Below are positions 23,544 through 35,311 of a DNA stretch of 64,000 nucleotides, piece by piece; position 1 is the first letter of the stretch, and each line of letters opens with the position of its first letter. Position numbers and translations under genes: made by a program. The DNA is from Macrostomum lignano (lineage: Eukaryota), in NCBI GenBank assembly GCA_002269645.1, contig NIVC01000387.1, positions 186,001 to 250,000 of the forward strand, given 5' to 3'. The notes below the pieces were generated by a model. The model saw nothing but the letters and a program-made list of their open reading frames with translations, did no database searches and was not told where the DNA came from.

Positions 23544-25239
23544 AGAAACAGTTTCCTATTCTTCTGCTTGAGTAGTCCTTGGCACAAAACGTATACTTTC
23601 TCAAGGTACTTCCTAGCACGTTTTCTAAAGAAATAAGGATTAGATTAATAAAATATTAGTCTAAAAGATAGGCAAAAAGATATTAAAAGATTCAAAAGAC
23701 ATATAAAAGATGAATCATATTTTGGTAGGCAACCATATTTTAGAAGCAGCAGCATTAAAATAATTTTCAAAGCATCTGTAGCAGACTTTAAAAAATTAAT
23801 GCACTAAAATAGTCATTTAATATCGATGGTGGGTACAGTGTTTTCATTTTCAAAGACTTAAATAAATATGAATTGTTCGCATGATTGGTTAATCGATATA
23901 CACGTATGCCAATTGGATTGGCTGACTAAAACTATCGGTTTGTCTAATTTGGTATATAACATCTTACATCTAAAATGGGTTGACAAACAATATCATTTGA
24001 ATTTTGATTCTGCCGCATTTCCTCTAGTACTTTGAGTTTCAGAGTGTCAGAGTGTGTAGTGTAGCATATCATTGAACGTTTTTATATTCGATTTAAAATT
24101 AATTTATAGAAGCTTAGAACTATACGAATGAATATTCACGTAATGTATGTCCCTGTTAAAAATGACACCGAAGTAAACCAGAAGACTTTTAAACGATTTG
24201 CTTGGGTAGGAACTGTGTTTACAACTGTAACTTAGGCTATCATTTTTGGGGCCGTTGTCAAATTCAAAATGATAGCTAAATTGTGCCTTGAAAGTAACCG
24301 AGTAACTTACAATGCAAACACAGTTAGAATAATAAATATCGCTCTTTAAATAACCAAAAGAGACAAAACAGTGTTATAAAAGTAAAATTTCCTGAAACTT
24401 TTTCAGCGGTGCGCGCACAATGTAAAAATTGTACTTTATTTTGTTAAAAAAACTGAAAACACATTTTTATGAAACCGTCAAATTTCGCTTTACCAGTTAG
24501 TAAATTCAAAATGATATATAATGTTTGCGTCTTAATTGCAGTACGACTTGGACTCCATTTTCATTGAGCTGATTTTGATGGTCGGTTAGATGATTGAGTA
24601 AACAAAGTAAGATATATTTTAGTATACATTGGTTAAAAATTCAAGTAACTGCGCTTCTTATTCAGTTTGTTTAAATATTTTAATGCTTTTTGGTGACTTT
24701 AATATCTATGCAAGATTGGTTTGACTATTAAAAAGTATATATTGTTCATTTGCTTGTTTATAAACATTTACAAACACATGCCTAGTGCATTCTTCCCAAA
24801 TAAAAGCTTTTCATCACATGAATAGACAAAATTTGCATTTGAAACTTCAATGCACGTACTTCATTGCCAATTAATTGGTCACACTGAGATAAGCTCAACT
24901 CAACTATTCAACTCAACTCAACTGCTACTCAACTTATTGCCATTTGAATTTTTTGTACTTCATATGCTTACTTTAATATTTAATATTTCACATTAATTGT
25001 ATATTTACAGTGGACCAAGTTTTGATCGATTTCGACGCAGTTGACTGATTCGCACACTGCTAAGTAAGTTATAAAGCAGTAAAAACAACAAAATTTTTGG
25101 TATGAACTGGGAACCGTTGGAAGTTAGCTGCGTTTCCGTCTCATCATCTGCTTCAGTGGCAAATCAGCAGAAAAACGCCTCCTTCCAGCGCCTTCTCGCT
25201 ATATAGTATAGTTCTAGCTCCGCCTCCGACCTGGACAAA

Positions 25240-26225
25240 CAAGAGAGAATTTACCGACGCCCTCCGTCTCGCCACCGGCCAGCTGCTCCGCCTCGGTGAG
25301 CTCGCCTGCACCCTCGACAGCCACGTCTACGCACTCAGCATGTCAATCAGCAGCGACGTGAATCAGCTTCTTATCTGCCTAAAAGTACCCACCCTAGCGC
25401 TTCCACCGCGACCCTCACAGCCTACCTGACAACCTTCGGGGCCATCCTCAACGGCTCCCTCGACACCATACACAGCCTGTCGTCTCAAGGGCTTCCTTGG
25501 CTCCTCGCAAGGGGTAATTTCCAAAGCTTTCCTCGATTTCCAGGGCTCCACCTCGACCGACTCCTGGACCTCCAAGTTCTCAGCGTAGAAAAGGATGCTG
25601 GAAGGCCTGACCTCAAGAACGATCGACAGACTCACTGAGCGCCTGCTCGACTCCATCATGCACGATACTGACAGTCAAATCCCGGTCGACCTGCCATTTA
25701 AAACCGGTGCTGAACCGTCAAACTTCTGACAAGGTTTGGGACAGGCGCAGGCAACGCACCGGCGCCTAAGCCTCCCGGAGCGAGAGGCCTACAAGAGTTC
25801 GAAAAGCGAAAAGTCGAAGGAGTCTAAATAGAGCGAGTCGACCTCAGGTGAGAGAACGGGCAGACCCTCACGTCCTACCGCACTTCCCTGTCATCAAGGA
25901 AAGCTCGAACACCACGAAAATTCGATCCGTTGTCGCCGCGTTCGCAAAGACCTTTCTTGCCGGCGCTACGCTCAATGATTTTCTAGAGCCTGGACCAAAC
26001 ATGCTGACCTCTCTACTCCAAGTCCTTTTAGTCCATCGAGCCCATCGCTTCGCCATCTCGTCCGACATCCAGGCTATGTTCCAGCAAATCGGGGTCAATG
26101 AACGTCATCGAGACGCCCTCCGTATCACTGTTCCAAGAGACATCTCTCAACCGCTCATCGACGGCAACTTTGAGATGTGGCTCTTCACCCGCATCGTCAA
26201 ATCCATCGTTGTCTGCTGCTCCCCC
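25240..26225 (+). mobile_element. Decayed BEL/Pao LTR-retrotransposon pol fragment (RT region)
   Basis: ORF 25848-26294 has LPHFPVIKESSNTTKIRSVV, TLNDFLEPGPNML, AISSDIQAMFQQIGV, RDALR (Pao RT motifs YLPHH, TTKLRVVFD, SLND.L..GP.L, DI..MF.Q); upstream VDLPFK with stops and frameshifts. Confidence 0.8.
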
Positions 26226-27080
26226 CCCCCCGAACCTTTTTCTTCCCTGCTGCTCGTTACTACGGACTCTTATAATTATCTGTTTATAAACTGACACCAA
26301 CAGTAGCAGCTGTTTCCAACGTTCTTCACGCTGCACTGCTCAGCAGCACCGGTGACTCCTTTTAAACATTTTATCAACCCGACTTTTCTAATCGCTTTCT
26401 AACTATCGGTTTTGTGATGCACCTTAATTATAATTACTTACAAAGAAAATACTGACACAGATTACTAACATTTCCCAACTGACAAGTTTGCGCGCTTGTC
26501 CCAGCCTGACTATGCGCGCTCTTGTGCAAGAAGCGGATAAAAATACATAGTGGCGCACTTATGAGAATACGCGCTCATGCATGCCAACTCCTCCCCAAAG
26601 GAAAAGGAACAATAGCAAATATTGCCGTGCACTTATGCAATGACCCCCTAATTCTACCTGGCCCGTATGCATCCCCTTCAGAGAGCGGCGGGGAGCAGGG
26701 AGCCAGGGAAGAAAATTATAGACAAAAATTGGGAGCCACGCAGAAGCCAGAGAGGCTGCGTCGGCGGGGGGGGGCGGTGGGGAGCTGAGGGGCGCCGCTC
26801 TCTGACAGAGGCTCGTGAAACAATAGAACAAATCTACTAGGGGAGAAAATTGATGCATTTCAGGGCTTCCGCAATCGGCAGGCGAATCAACGATGGCTCC
26901 GGGCTGGAGGACGCCGACGCGGTTCCCCAGGCAGCGCCTGCTTCCCCCGCCATCGCCCCGGAGACCATAGCAACCGGCCGCGGGGAGGGCGAGGGAAAGG
27001 GGATAAAAATCTTCTCCCGGGAGCGGCGGCGGCTCATCTGCGAGCCAAGCCAACAGCAACCTCCAGCCAGAGAAGCAGCC

Positions 27081-27568
27081 ATGGCCGAAATCGATCTCGT
27101 CAACCGCGACCCCAATGGCATCAATGGCTCCATTCAGGTGAGCCAGCACCCCGATCTCCTTGACAGCTTGACTCAAAATGTTTCCCCAATCAGCCAATTG
27201 GTTTCATTTTTGCTCACCCCAATCGACAGGTGAAATTCGAGGACGTGCTGGCCGAGCCCGATGGCGCCCACTCCATGGACTGCGTGTGGAGCAACAGCTA
27301 CAAGTGCTACACCTGCGGCCTGTCGCTGTCCTACAAGATCGCGACCCTGCTGTGCGGCATCTTCATCGCCCTGCACTGGGGCTGCACCTTTGGCTGCTTG
27401 GCCTTCAACCAGATCTGGTACGTGACGCCGAACTGCAAGCTGTTCGAGATCCAGATGTCCTGCTTCAAGAGGTTCTTCACTACCATGATGGAGTGCTGCC
27501 TCGGACCCTGCTGCGCCACCTGCGGCATGTTCTTCAGCAACATCACCGTCACCAACAAGTCGGGCTGA
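27081..27568 (+). CDS. CAV: Caveolin paralogue A (2 exons, 131 aa)
   Basis: Exons 27081-27137 (MAEIDLVNRDPNGINGSIQ|GTGAGC) and 27230-27568; caveolin signature NRDP..IN and VKFEDVLAEPDGAHSMDCVW, hydrophobic hairpin, Cys-rich tail. Confidence 0.92.
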
Positions 27569-28336
27569 CACCACCAGCCTGAAAGAGTCTGAACTGTTGA
27601 CTCACTGACTTATTAGTTGAACTAGGATGCTTTTCCGTACTTTTGTGCCCAATATCAACCATCGAACTCTCTTAAGGCTTTTAGCAGCCTTCTGCGCTGC
27701 CTCTTGCCTCAAACCAATGCCATTAGCCTGCCCCAGAGTAAAAATAAAGAAAAATTATGCGATAATTCGCTCACGGGGATGCGAGTAATCTGCTTGGGAT
27801 TTTTGGTTCTCAGTTGCTCGGGTGATCCCTATTGACTGCCGCTGTGCTGTCACCGCCAGCTTCGAAGGGCTACAACTTTAGTCGCATTCCCCGAGCAAAT
27901 TACTCGCCTCAAGCAATGCTAAAAGAAGCAGCAATAAATATACGAGCTATTTCACAGTAACTTTAACCGATTAATATCCAATGGTTCCTGCTCAACCGCA
28001 GGATTCCCGCCAGACAGAGTGATTAAAAAATTAAGTAAATATATAATTGGATACTTCTTGTAACTCGTCTGCCACCGAACTATCTTTGACAGACTCGTCG
28101 CTTTGATTGATCCTTTTGATTGGGCCAGGAAATTCTGCTGTATTTTAAGGAAAGAATCGAAGAAATGCAAAACTCATGCTGATTTCTGTGCCAGGCCATC
28201 GCCCAGAGACAGGAGTACCCCAGGTTAGCATTTTTCTACGACTCGCCCAGTGCTGCAAAGCTTCTGTGCCCTACTCTGTCTTCGTGCAGGGAGGGGGAGA
28301 GGCGGATAGAAGGCAGCGCGTGGTCCCTCCAAACTG

Positions 28337-28350
28337 GTTGCCATAGAAAC
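28337..28350. promoter_or_regulatory. RFX X-box-like motif between the caveolin genes
   Basis: GTTGCCATAGAAAC matches the X-box consensus GTHNYY-AT-RRNAAC. Confidence 0.4.
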
Positions 28351-29362
28351 GGTCCCAGCTTTCAAGAGAGGGTCGCTTAGAATCTCTATGCTACTCCCTG
28401 CCCCCAGCTCCGCCAGTCTTCTCCCCTTTGTTAGGAAGGGAAGGCGATTGAAACAATGGCGCTGCTCAGTGTTGCACAAGGCAATCTTTTATTCACAAGC
28501 TCTACGTCGTGACAGTGGCTCAGCGCATCTCTCATCCGCTAGGGTGGAGGCCGGCAGCGGGCTTGCGGCCATGGAGGTTAGAGGGGCTGCTGAAGTGAAG
28601 AGGGATAGCCCTGTCCCGCAATTTAATAATGCAACAGGACTGGCGATGCCCCAAGTCCGAGATGGTTGGCATTGGCAACATCCGCATGTAGGGGCTGGAG
28701 GCTGCGTACGGAGATGAGGACTGCAATTCCTTCCCCGACTGATACTGCCTACCAAAGCGCTGTTCCCCTAAGCTCGCCCACACAGTCAATCCATCAATTT
28801 TAATTGAGATAAAACTCTGTTTACCGGGATAAACCCACAAAAATCTTCTATTCAATAAAGAGCCGTTTGAACTAATGTTATCATTCTCGATTTGGCATGT
28901 TGTTCACGAATTTGATCGGTTTTAAACAAAACGCCTTGAGCAGCTTGAGAATGCTTGAGCAGTCGTTGAACCTAAATTCGCAAAGAGTTGGTCTTTGCTG
29001 AATACACAGCTAAAAATGAATAAGGACAATGGAACACATGCGCTTGTATAAAGTTTGGCTAAAACTTAGCCGGAAAAAAATTTAGTAAAAGCTACGAGCT
29101 GTGTTGATTTTTTTGCAAGCTGCTACATTGCCATGCAGCAGTGCACAGCGGCAGACAGTGGCTGATGTTAGGGAATTCTCAGACTGCAATAGACTAGTGA
29201 CCTGTCCCATTAAATCTCTGTTGCCATTGACAACGAGAGCTGAGACGCACACACGAGCGTGCATAGCGCTCTGAGATTTTCACATTACCGGGTGAATTGT
29301 TTCAGAATGGGCCAGTGGGCCGTGCGGAGCAGCTGAGCTCCCCTCCTCGCTCAGGCATTGCA

Positions 29363-29377
29363 GTTTCCAATGGCAAC
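29363..29377. promoter_or_regulatory. RFX X-box-like motif upstream of caveolin B
   Basis: GTTTCCAATGGCAAC (GTNRCC-N0-3-RGYAAC type), ~70 nt before the TATA-like box. Confidence 0.4.
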
Positions 29378-29446
29378 GCTGACCCTGGGCAGCGCAACAA
29401 CAGGGCTCAGGGCGTCAGCGCGTCTCTATGGCCACCGCAGCTGTCT

Positions 29447-29453
29447 GTATAAA
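29447..29453 (+). promoter_or_regulatory. Candidate TATA box of caveolin B
   Basis: TATAAAT in a GC-rich context ~135 nt upstream of the ATG. Confidence 0.45.
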
Positions 29454-29581
29454 TGCCGGAGCGCCTCCCTCCTTGTGGATGCCCGCAGCCGCGCCGCCAA
29501 CTCGCTCAGTTCGCTCTAGAAAGAGGCATCAGGTTCCGAGTCCGTGGTTCCATTCTGGCACAGGAAGACACACAGAAGGCA

Positions 29582-30130
29582 ATGGCCGCCGAGCTGGACA
29601 TGGTCAACCGGGATCCCAACGGGATCAACCAGGGTCTGCAGGTGAGAAGGCGCTAGAAAGTACCGATCAAGGACCAGTAGAGAGTAACGGTGTTATACAG
29701 TGGTAACTTCTAGTGGTCCTTGATATCCATGTACTCAGTCAGTCGCTATCCAAATACTTTATCTCGAACCCATCCGCAAATTCTCTTCCAGGTGAAATTC
29801 GAGGACGTCCTGGCCGAGCCCGATGGCGCCCACTCCATGGACTGCGTGTGGAGCAACAGCTACAAGTGCTACACCTGCGGCCTGTCGCTGTCCTACAAGA
29901 TCGCCACCCTGTTCTGCGGCATCTTCATCGCCCTGCACTGGGGCTGCACCTTCGGCTGCGTGGCCTTCAACGAGATCTGGTACATGACGCCGAACTGCAA
30001 GCTGTTCGAGCTGCAGATGCGCTGCATCAAGCGATTCGTCACCGTCATGCTAGAGTGCTGCTTCGGGCCCTGCTGCGCAGCCTGCGGCATGTTCTTCAGC
30101 AACATCACCGTCACCAACAAGTCGGGCTGA
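29582..30130 (+). CDS. CAV: Caveolin paralogue B (2 exons, 132 aa)
   Basis: Exons 29582-29641 (MAAELDMVNRDPNGINQGLQ|GTGAGA) and 29792-30130; same intron position and FEDVLAEP signature as paralogue A. Confidence 0.93.
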
Positions 30131-31221
30131 CAGACTCCCTCCCAGACTGCGCTCTGCGGATGGTCCGCCTGACTTAATGATTCAAACTGATCTCTTGTTT
30201 ATTTTATATAAAATAAATTTCATTTTTCCTCCTGCACGATTCGAAATACCTAAACACTCACCGGAGGTAGAGGCAGGTGTATAGGAAATTACAGAGCTGA
30301 CCCTCAGCCACCCGACCAGAGAACCAATAAATCGAGATGCATACACCTTTCTGTCAAATGAAAATCTGTGAAATCACTGGAGAATTCATTGGTTTCAATT
30401 ATATATGCGCTCGTACCTTTTCTGTGCAAAGGGTCTGATTCGTTTCGGCCCAAATTTCAGGTTATTTATTGGTTCTTATATACCCCCATGTAAAGCATCT
30501 GCACTCAGCTGAAGGTCTCAGAAGTAAGTCGCGAGAATCGTCTCTGGGGAGCATTAACGTAACTAAAAAAGTTATTATAGGACTATTTATTATAATTTAC
30601 TATACAATATCAAGTAAAACCAAACTGAATGATGGTATGATAATTGCCTGGTATGAATAAATCAGACTTAAAGTCTGTTTTTATCTGAAGATGTACTTTT
30701 CAGCACTTTTTAAAGGAGTAAATAGCTTGGCCGCATGTTGCCTGATCCGACTGCGAGCATGCAGCTGACTCTCCGGCTCGCCCAGTTTTGGCAAAAGCAG
30801 AAGCCGCGCAACACAATTCAAACGGTACTCAAAGTAAAAGAGAAAGCGCAGAGTAAAGACAGACAGAAGTTGGCCAATGCTTGGACTAAAGTGTGTTCGA
30901 AGCCAACTAAGAGCATCTCTTGCATTTATGTGTGCGCCAGACAACAGACTCAAAGGCGAGAGCTCGGGCTCTGCACCGGGGTGGGGTGGGCTCGAAGCCA
31001 TTGTTGCAGAGACGCTGCACACCGGCGCACACAGATATTGAGAGAGAACGTACATCACCCCGGTTTCCCCTGACAACGGATGGCAAGAGAGGCTGAGAAT
31101 GAAGAGCTCACTCCGCCTCGAGCCGCTCAGTGCTCCACTACTCAAAAGCCTGCTTGCTGAGATTATAGCGAGAGGAAAATCAGTTTGAGACTCACACATC
31201 CGAACTACATACTGCAGCCCC

Positions 31222-33499
31222 ATGTCGGAGCAGGTAAGCCTGCGAGATGAGCTCCAGGCCCGCATCGGCCTCCTGCCGAAGGTGCACACGAGGCGGCTAG
31301 GCTCCCAGCAGGTACTCTACTCTCAGGTGAGCGTTCGTGCTGTGATGTGCGGGCGAAAAAGAATACGATCTGGAGGGTTCGTGGGGATGACAAACGTTTT
31401 TGCCCTCGAATCTGCACCCTCTGTCCCCTGACTCTCCTCAACCTCAGGTGTCTTCGCTCAGCGAGATCACCCGCCTTGTGCGCGCCGCCCGCACCCTCGG
31501 TCTTCGAGTTCGCTCGGGCAACGCGCCGGCCTGCCTGGCGACCGACGATTTCGACGTGATCGTCGACACCGACTTCATCGCCGACGAGGAGCGAATCGTC
31601 CTGCTGCCGGGAAGCGGCGACAGCGGCGCCCGGCTGGTGACGGTCAAGCCGGGCGTCACGGTGCGCGAATTCAACGAGTTCTGTCTGTCCAGGGACCTCT
31701 GCCTGCCCAGCCTGCCGGATTCGCCTCAGGCTACCATGGTAACGCTTGTTTTCAACCAACAAATTTAGAGCTTGATGGCGTCTGCATCAGTTACCACTGA
31801 ATTATGAACTTCAGCGAGACTATCGGTTCTCCCTGACTGAGCTGTCAAAAGCAATTAGTTTTATAATCCCGCTAGTTGATTAAAACGAGTTTAACAAGAG
31901 CAACCTAGTAGCTCGTAAACTCCAAAAGTCTAAGCCAGCTTGGAACACATTCCTTTATGGCTTCGGTGGCTCACACAATTTTTCCTGTATTCTAGCAAGC
32001 ATTATTCACAAGCCGCATCAGCTTCGTATACAGCTGCCTCGAATCCTTCGCAACAGGTGGAGCTGGCCATGACAGGAGCTGCCGGCGACGCGCCAGCCCA
32101 CTCCGCCATCAGCGACTTCATCACCGACATTCGCATTGTGGACGCTGACGGCCGCCTGAAGCACTACCGCTGCATGGTGGACGACAGCGAGGCAGTCGAC
32201 GCCAGCGACGCCCGGCGCCGCGAGAAGCGGGACCTGTTCTCTGGCGCGCAGTGCCACCTTGGAATGTTCGGCGTGGTGTACGATGCCACATTCCAGGTGC
32301 AGAAGAACTTCACTGTGAGTGTCACCACCGAGTTCAAGCCGCTGGAGGAGGTGCTGCTCAACCCAGAGGCGATCGAAGAAATGCTTGCGCGCAACCAGAA
32401 CGTCAGCGTCTACTGGTTCCCGTTCAACAGCGTGCGGGGAGCCGAGGACCCGATGCCGGGGGCGGAGCAGGACGCTGAAGCTGGTGAAGAGAAAAAGGAA
32501 GACGGTGAAGAGGAACGAGACGAAGGTGCGACTGAAAAAGAGGAGGAAAAAGAGGACGAACAACAAGACGAAGACCAGCAAGAGGTTGAGCAGACAGCGG
32601 ACGAGGTAAATAGCGAGGCGGAGCTACAGGAGTCGGCCGCCAGCCGCCAGCGGACTCCGCCGCCGGAGCTGTACAGCCTGGACGATTGGACGCCGAATCG
32701 CGACGAGGTGTTTTGCCGCTACCTGAACACCTGCCAGCTGCCTTCGCAGGCAAAGCGGGAGTTCGACCTGATCGACCCGGTGCTGCTGGATCCTGAGACC
32801 GGCTGCCTGCTGGGCGACCCCGTGGACTCGCTGCGCCGCACGCACCGGCGGCATCGCCGGCAGCAACCGGCGCACTCAGAGTACCAGCAGCACGTGAGCT
32901 GGGGCATCAACTGGATGCGGCCGGATACGTACCCGGCCGGACTGAAAAACGTCGAGTACGTTTTTGATGCCGGCAAGGAATTCAACAACACCGTGCGCTG
33001 CGTCGGCCTGGTAGCGGAGCGCGTGCAGGAGTACAAGAAGCGCGGCCAGTTCCCGCTGAACTGCTGCCTCTGCGTCTCCTTCGCCCGGGCCAGCGACGCG
33101 CTGATGGCGCCGGGGCACTGCGCCCATCCGACCAAGGGCGGCACGGGGCGCACTTGCGCGATTAACGTGCTGATGCTGCCGCAGGCGGACTCTGACGCTG
33201 AGACCGACCTCATTGGTGACTTTGTGCTCGACCTGGAGATGGACCTGCGCGGAGTCGAGGGCGCCCGGCCACACTGGAGCTCCAATTGGGCCTTCGTCGA
33301 GGGCAGCCACGCCATGTTGAAGAAGGTGTACACCGAAGACCTGGCCCAATTCAAGAATATGATCAGAAGGAAACTCATCGATCTGGACGGGGTTTTCCTC
33401 AACCGTCACCTGGCCAGGGTGGTGGAGTCTGACGAGTTCGCCTGCCAGCAGGTGTACTCGCTGAAGAATCGGCGCACTAAGGACACCTACCTGTTGTAG
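31222..33499 (+). CDS. Divergent FAD-linked oxidase of the GULO/D-arabinono-1,4-lactone oxidase (VAO/PCMH) family, 3 exons, ~612 aa
   Basis: Exons 31222-31326, 31448-31738, 32057-33499 (all phase 0). FAD_binding_4-like VSSLSEITRLVRAARTLGLRVR, VTVKPGVTVREF, ISDFITDIRIVDADG, HLGMFGVVYDATFQV; ALO-type C-terminal ARPHW. Exon 1 extent uncertain (alternative donor GTAAGC at 31234). Confidence 0.78.
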
Positions 33500-34146
33500 G
33501 CCGAGAATTAGCGTGCGAGACGCCACCTGTACATTGGGTGCCCCTGAACTGAAGATTACTGATAAATATTCAACTATTGTTTTGTGCTGATTTTAAACTA
33601 TCTACACAATGGACTGACCAGTATACTGTAGTTAAAAACTTCTCAAAAAGTTTTCTTGTACCACTTTTAGCGACTGCAGTACCACGCGATTGCAGAGAAA
33701 TTTATGGCGAAAAATATTGCTAAATAGAAGCATAAAAATGTTATAATATGCTGCCCAAAGTAACTTTTAATTGCGCTTGCTCCTGGTTCAAATAAACTCA
33801 TTGAAATATTCGTAAACAATATTTTTTCATGCGAGTTCAATTGAAATAGTTAATTTGAGGCTTTGCAACACGTATGAGTCGGATCACAAGACTTTTCTTA
33901 GTTTGTAAGTCTTAGCCCAGCTTAAAGAACGAATTACAAGTAACAAGTGGCAATTTGCTTACTGCAAGTGACAAAAATGGATGGGCCGAATGGATGGACT
34001 ACGAGAGACCATAACAGATCCAACAGAAGTTTCAAGAGACTTCTATGGCCAAGCCTCATTCTGTCTTAGTAGCCTTGGGACTTTTTTGCTCTCTGTAATC
34101 TCTAGTTGCTTAGGCTTGTCGTGATTATTCTAGTGCTCAGCTTGCG

Positions 34147-35311
34147 ATGGCAACGGGCGGAGGCATCAGCGGGGCGGATGCGCTGCACCTCATCTCGGTG
34201 CAGCCGGTGAACAAGTGCGCCTCCATCGCATTCGACGCCAAGTTCAACCTGTTGGTGGAGGCAGCCGGCGATGATGGTCTCCGGTTCCGTCAGAGCAATC
34301 TGCCGCCTCCGGGCTCCGTAGAGGCCAGCCAGGCTACCCGGGTCATCTTTAGCGAGGTGTTTCGCTACTTGAACGTACAGACGTCGCATATTGCGCTCAC
34401 GCCGTACAACATTATGCTGTGTTGTCATGGGAACAGTCTAAGCATGGTGCGGCACTGCACCGGCCAGGTGGTCTATCGGTGCGAACTCCCTTGCAAAGTT
34501 GGCGGAGCCGCCTTCGACGCCGCCAGTGACAGCTTCTTTGTATGCGACGCCGCCACCAAGTCCGTGCTGTGCATGCCCTACATGGAGTTTGAGCGCAGCC
34601 GGAGGCTGGATGTGACCCAGCAGATTGTTCCCAGCGGGCTCTGCGTCTTTTCCAGCACCCTCTTCGTGGCCAACAGCGAAGTTAGAGACGGTCTGCAGCC
34701 CTGCGGCATCTGCTACCGATTGGAAGACGGTCGCGTGTTCAAAATTTCTAGGGTGGCCGTAAGCAAGAAGGTTGTGACGGGCACTCAGCAGACTTTAAGC
34801 GATGCGGTGAGGCCCCATTTGATCTAAGTAGCTCGTAGTTTATCTGATAATCTCTCGCTCCTAGAGGCTGTAGTTTTACTAGAATTCGTCAAGCCAAGCA
34901 CTTAACCTCCCTTTCCGAGTGCAGATGCAGAAACATTACAGACCATCGGCGCTTGACGGAGTTGTCGTACTGCCGCAGGCCGGCAGTCAGCAGTCAAAGG
35001 CGACACTCATAGGCATAAGCTCTGCGGACAAAGCGATGTACACCTATCGGGTTCGCTTTCGCCGCAGTAAGGATGCCTCTAGCAGCTCTGGTGTTATTGT
35101 GAAGTTCCGCGGTCGAGACGAGGCCAGCTTCATCGACGTCAATAATGGCGCAGTGCGAGTTCCGCGCTTCATCACGGCCTTGTCCAATGAGTGCATTGTA
35201 GTCTACTTTGAAGTGCAAGCTCTGGGCAGCAGGCCTGAGAGCCACGGCGTCATGGTTTTCAGATTTAAATCCGCCGTAACCCAAGGTATAAACACCAACC
35301 CTTTGAATTAG
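34147..35311 (+). CDS. Uncharacterised protein, probable beta-propeller (NHL/TolB-like) fold, 2 exons, ~348 aa
   Basis: Exons 34147-34806 (GCG|GTGAGG) and 34925-35311 (TGCAG|ATG), phase 0; blade-like motifs ASIAFD, GGAAFDAASDSFFVCD, PSGLCVFSSTLFVAN. Confidence 0.6.

Noticed and set aside
26853-27080. In-frame upstream extension of caveolin A from the ATG at 26853
   Set aside because: Paralogue B starts at the equivalent MAxxD; a TATA-like and an X-box-like motif lie inside the extension, so it is more likely promoter/5' UTR. Not excluded without 5' RACE.
31222-35311. Horizontal transfer of the oxidase and propeller genes from bacteria
   Set aside because: Both have canonical introns and host-like codon usage; no phylogeny could be run, so there is no positive evidence.
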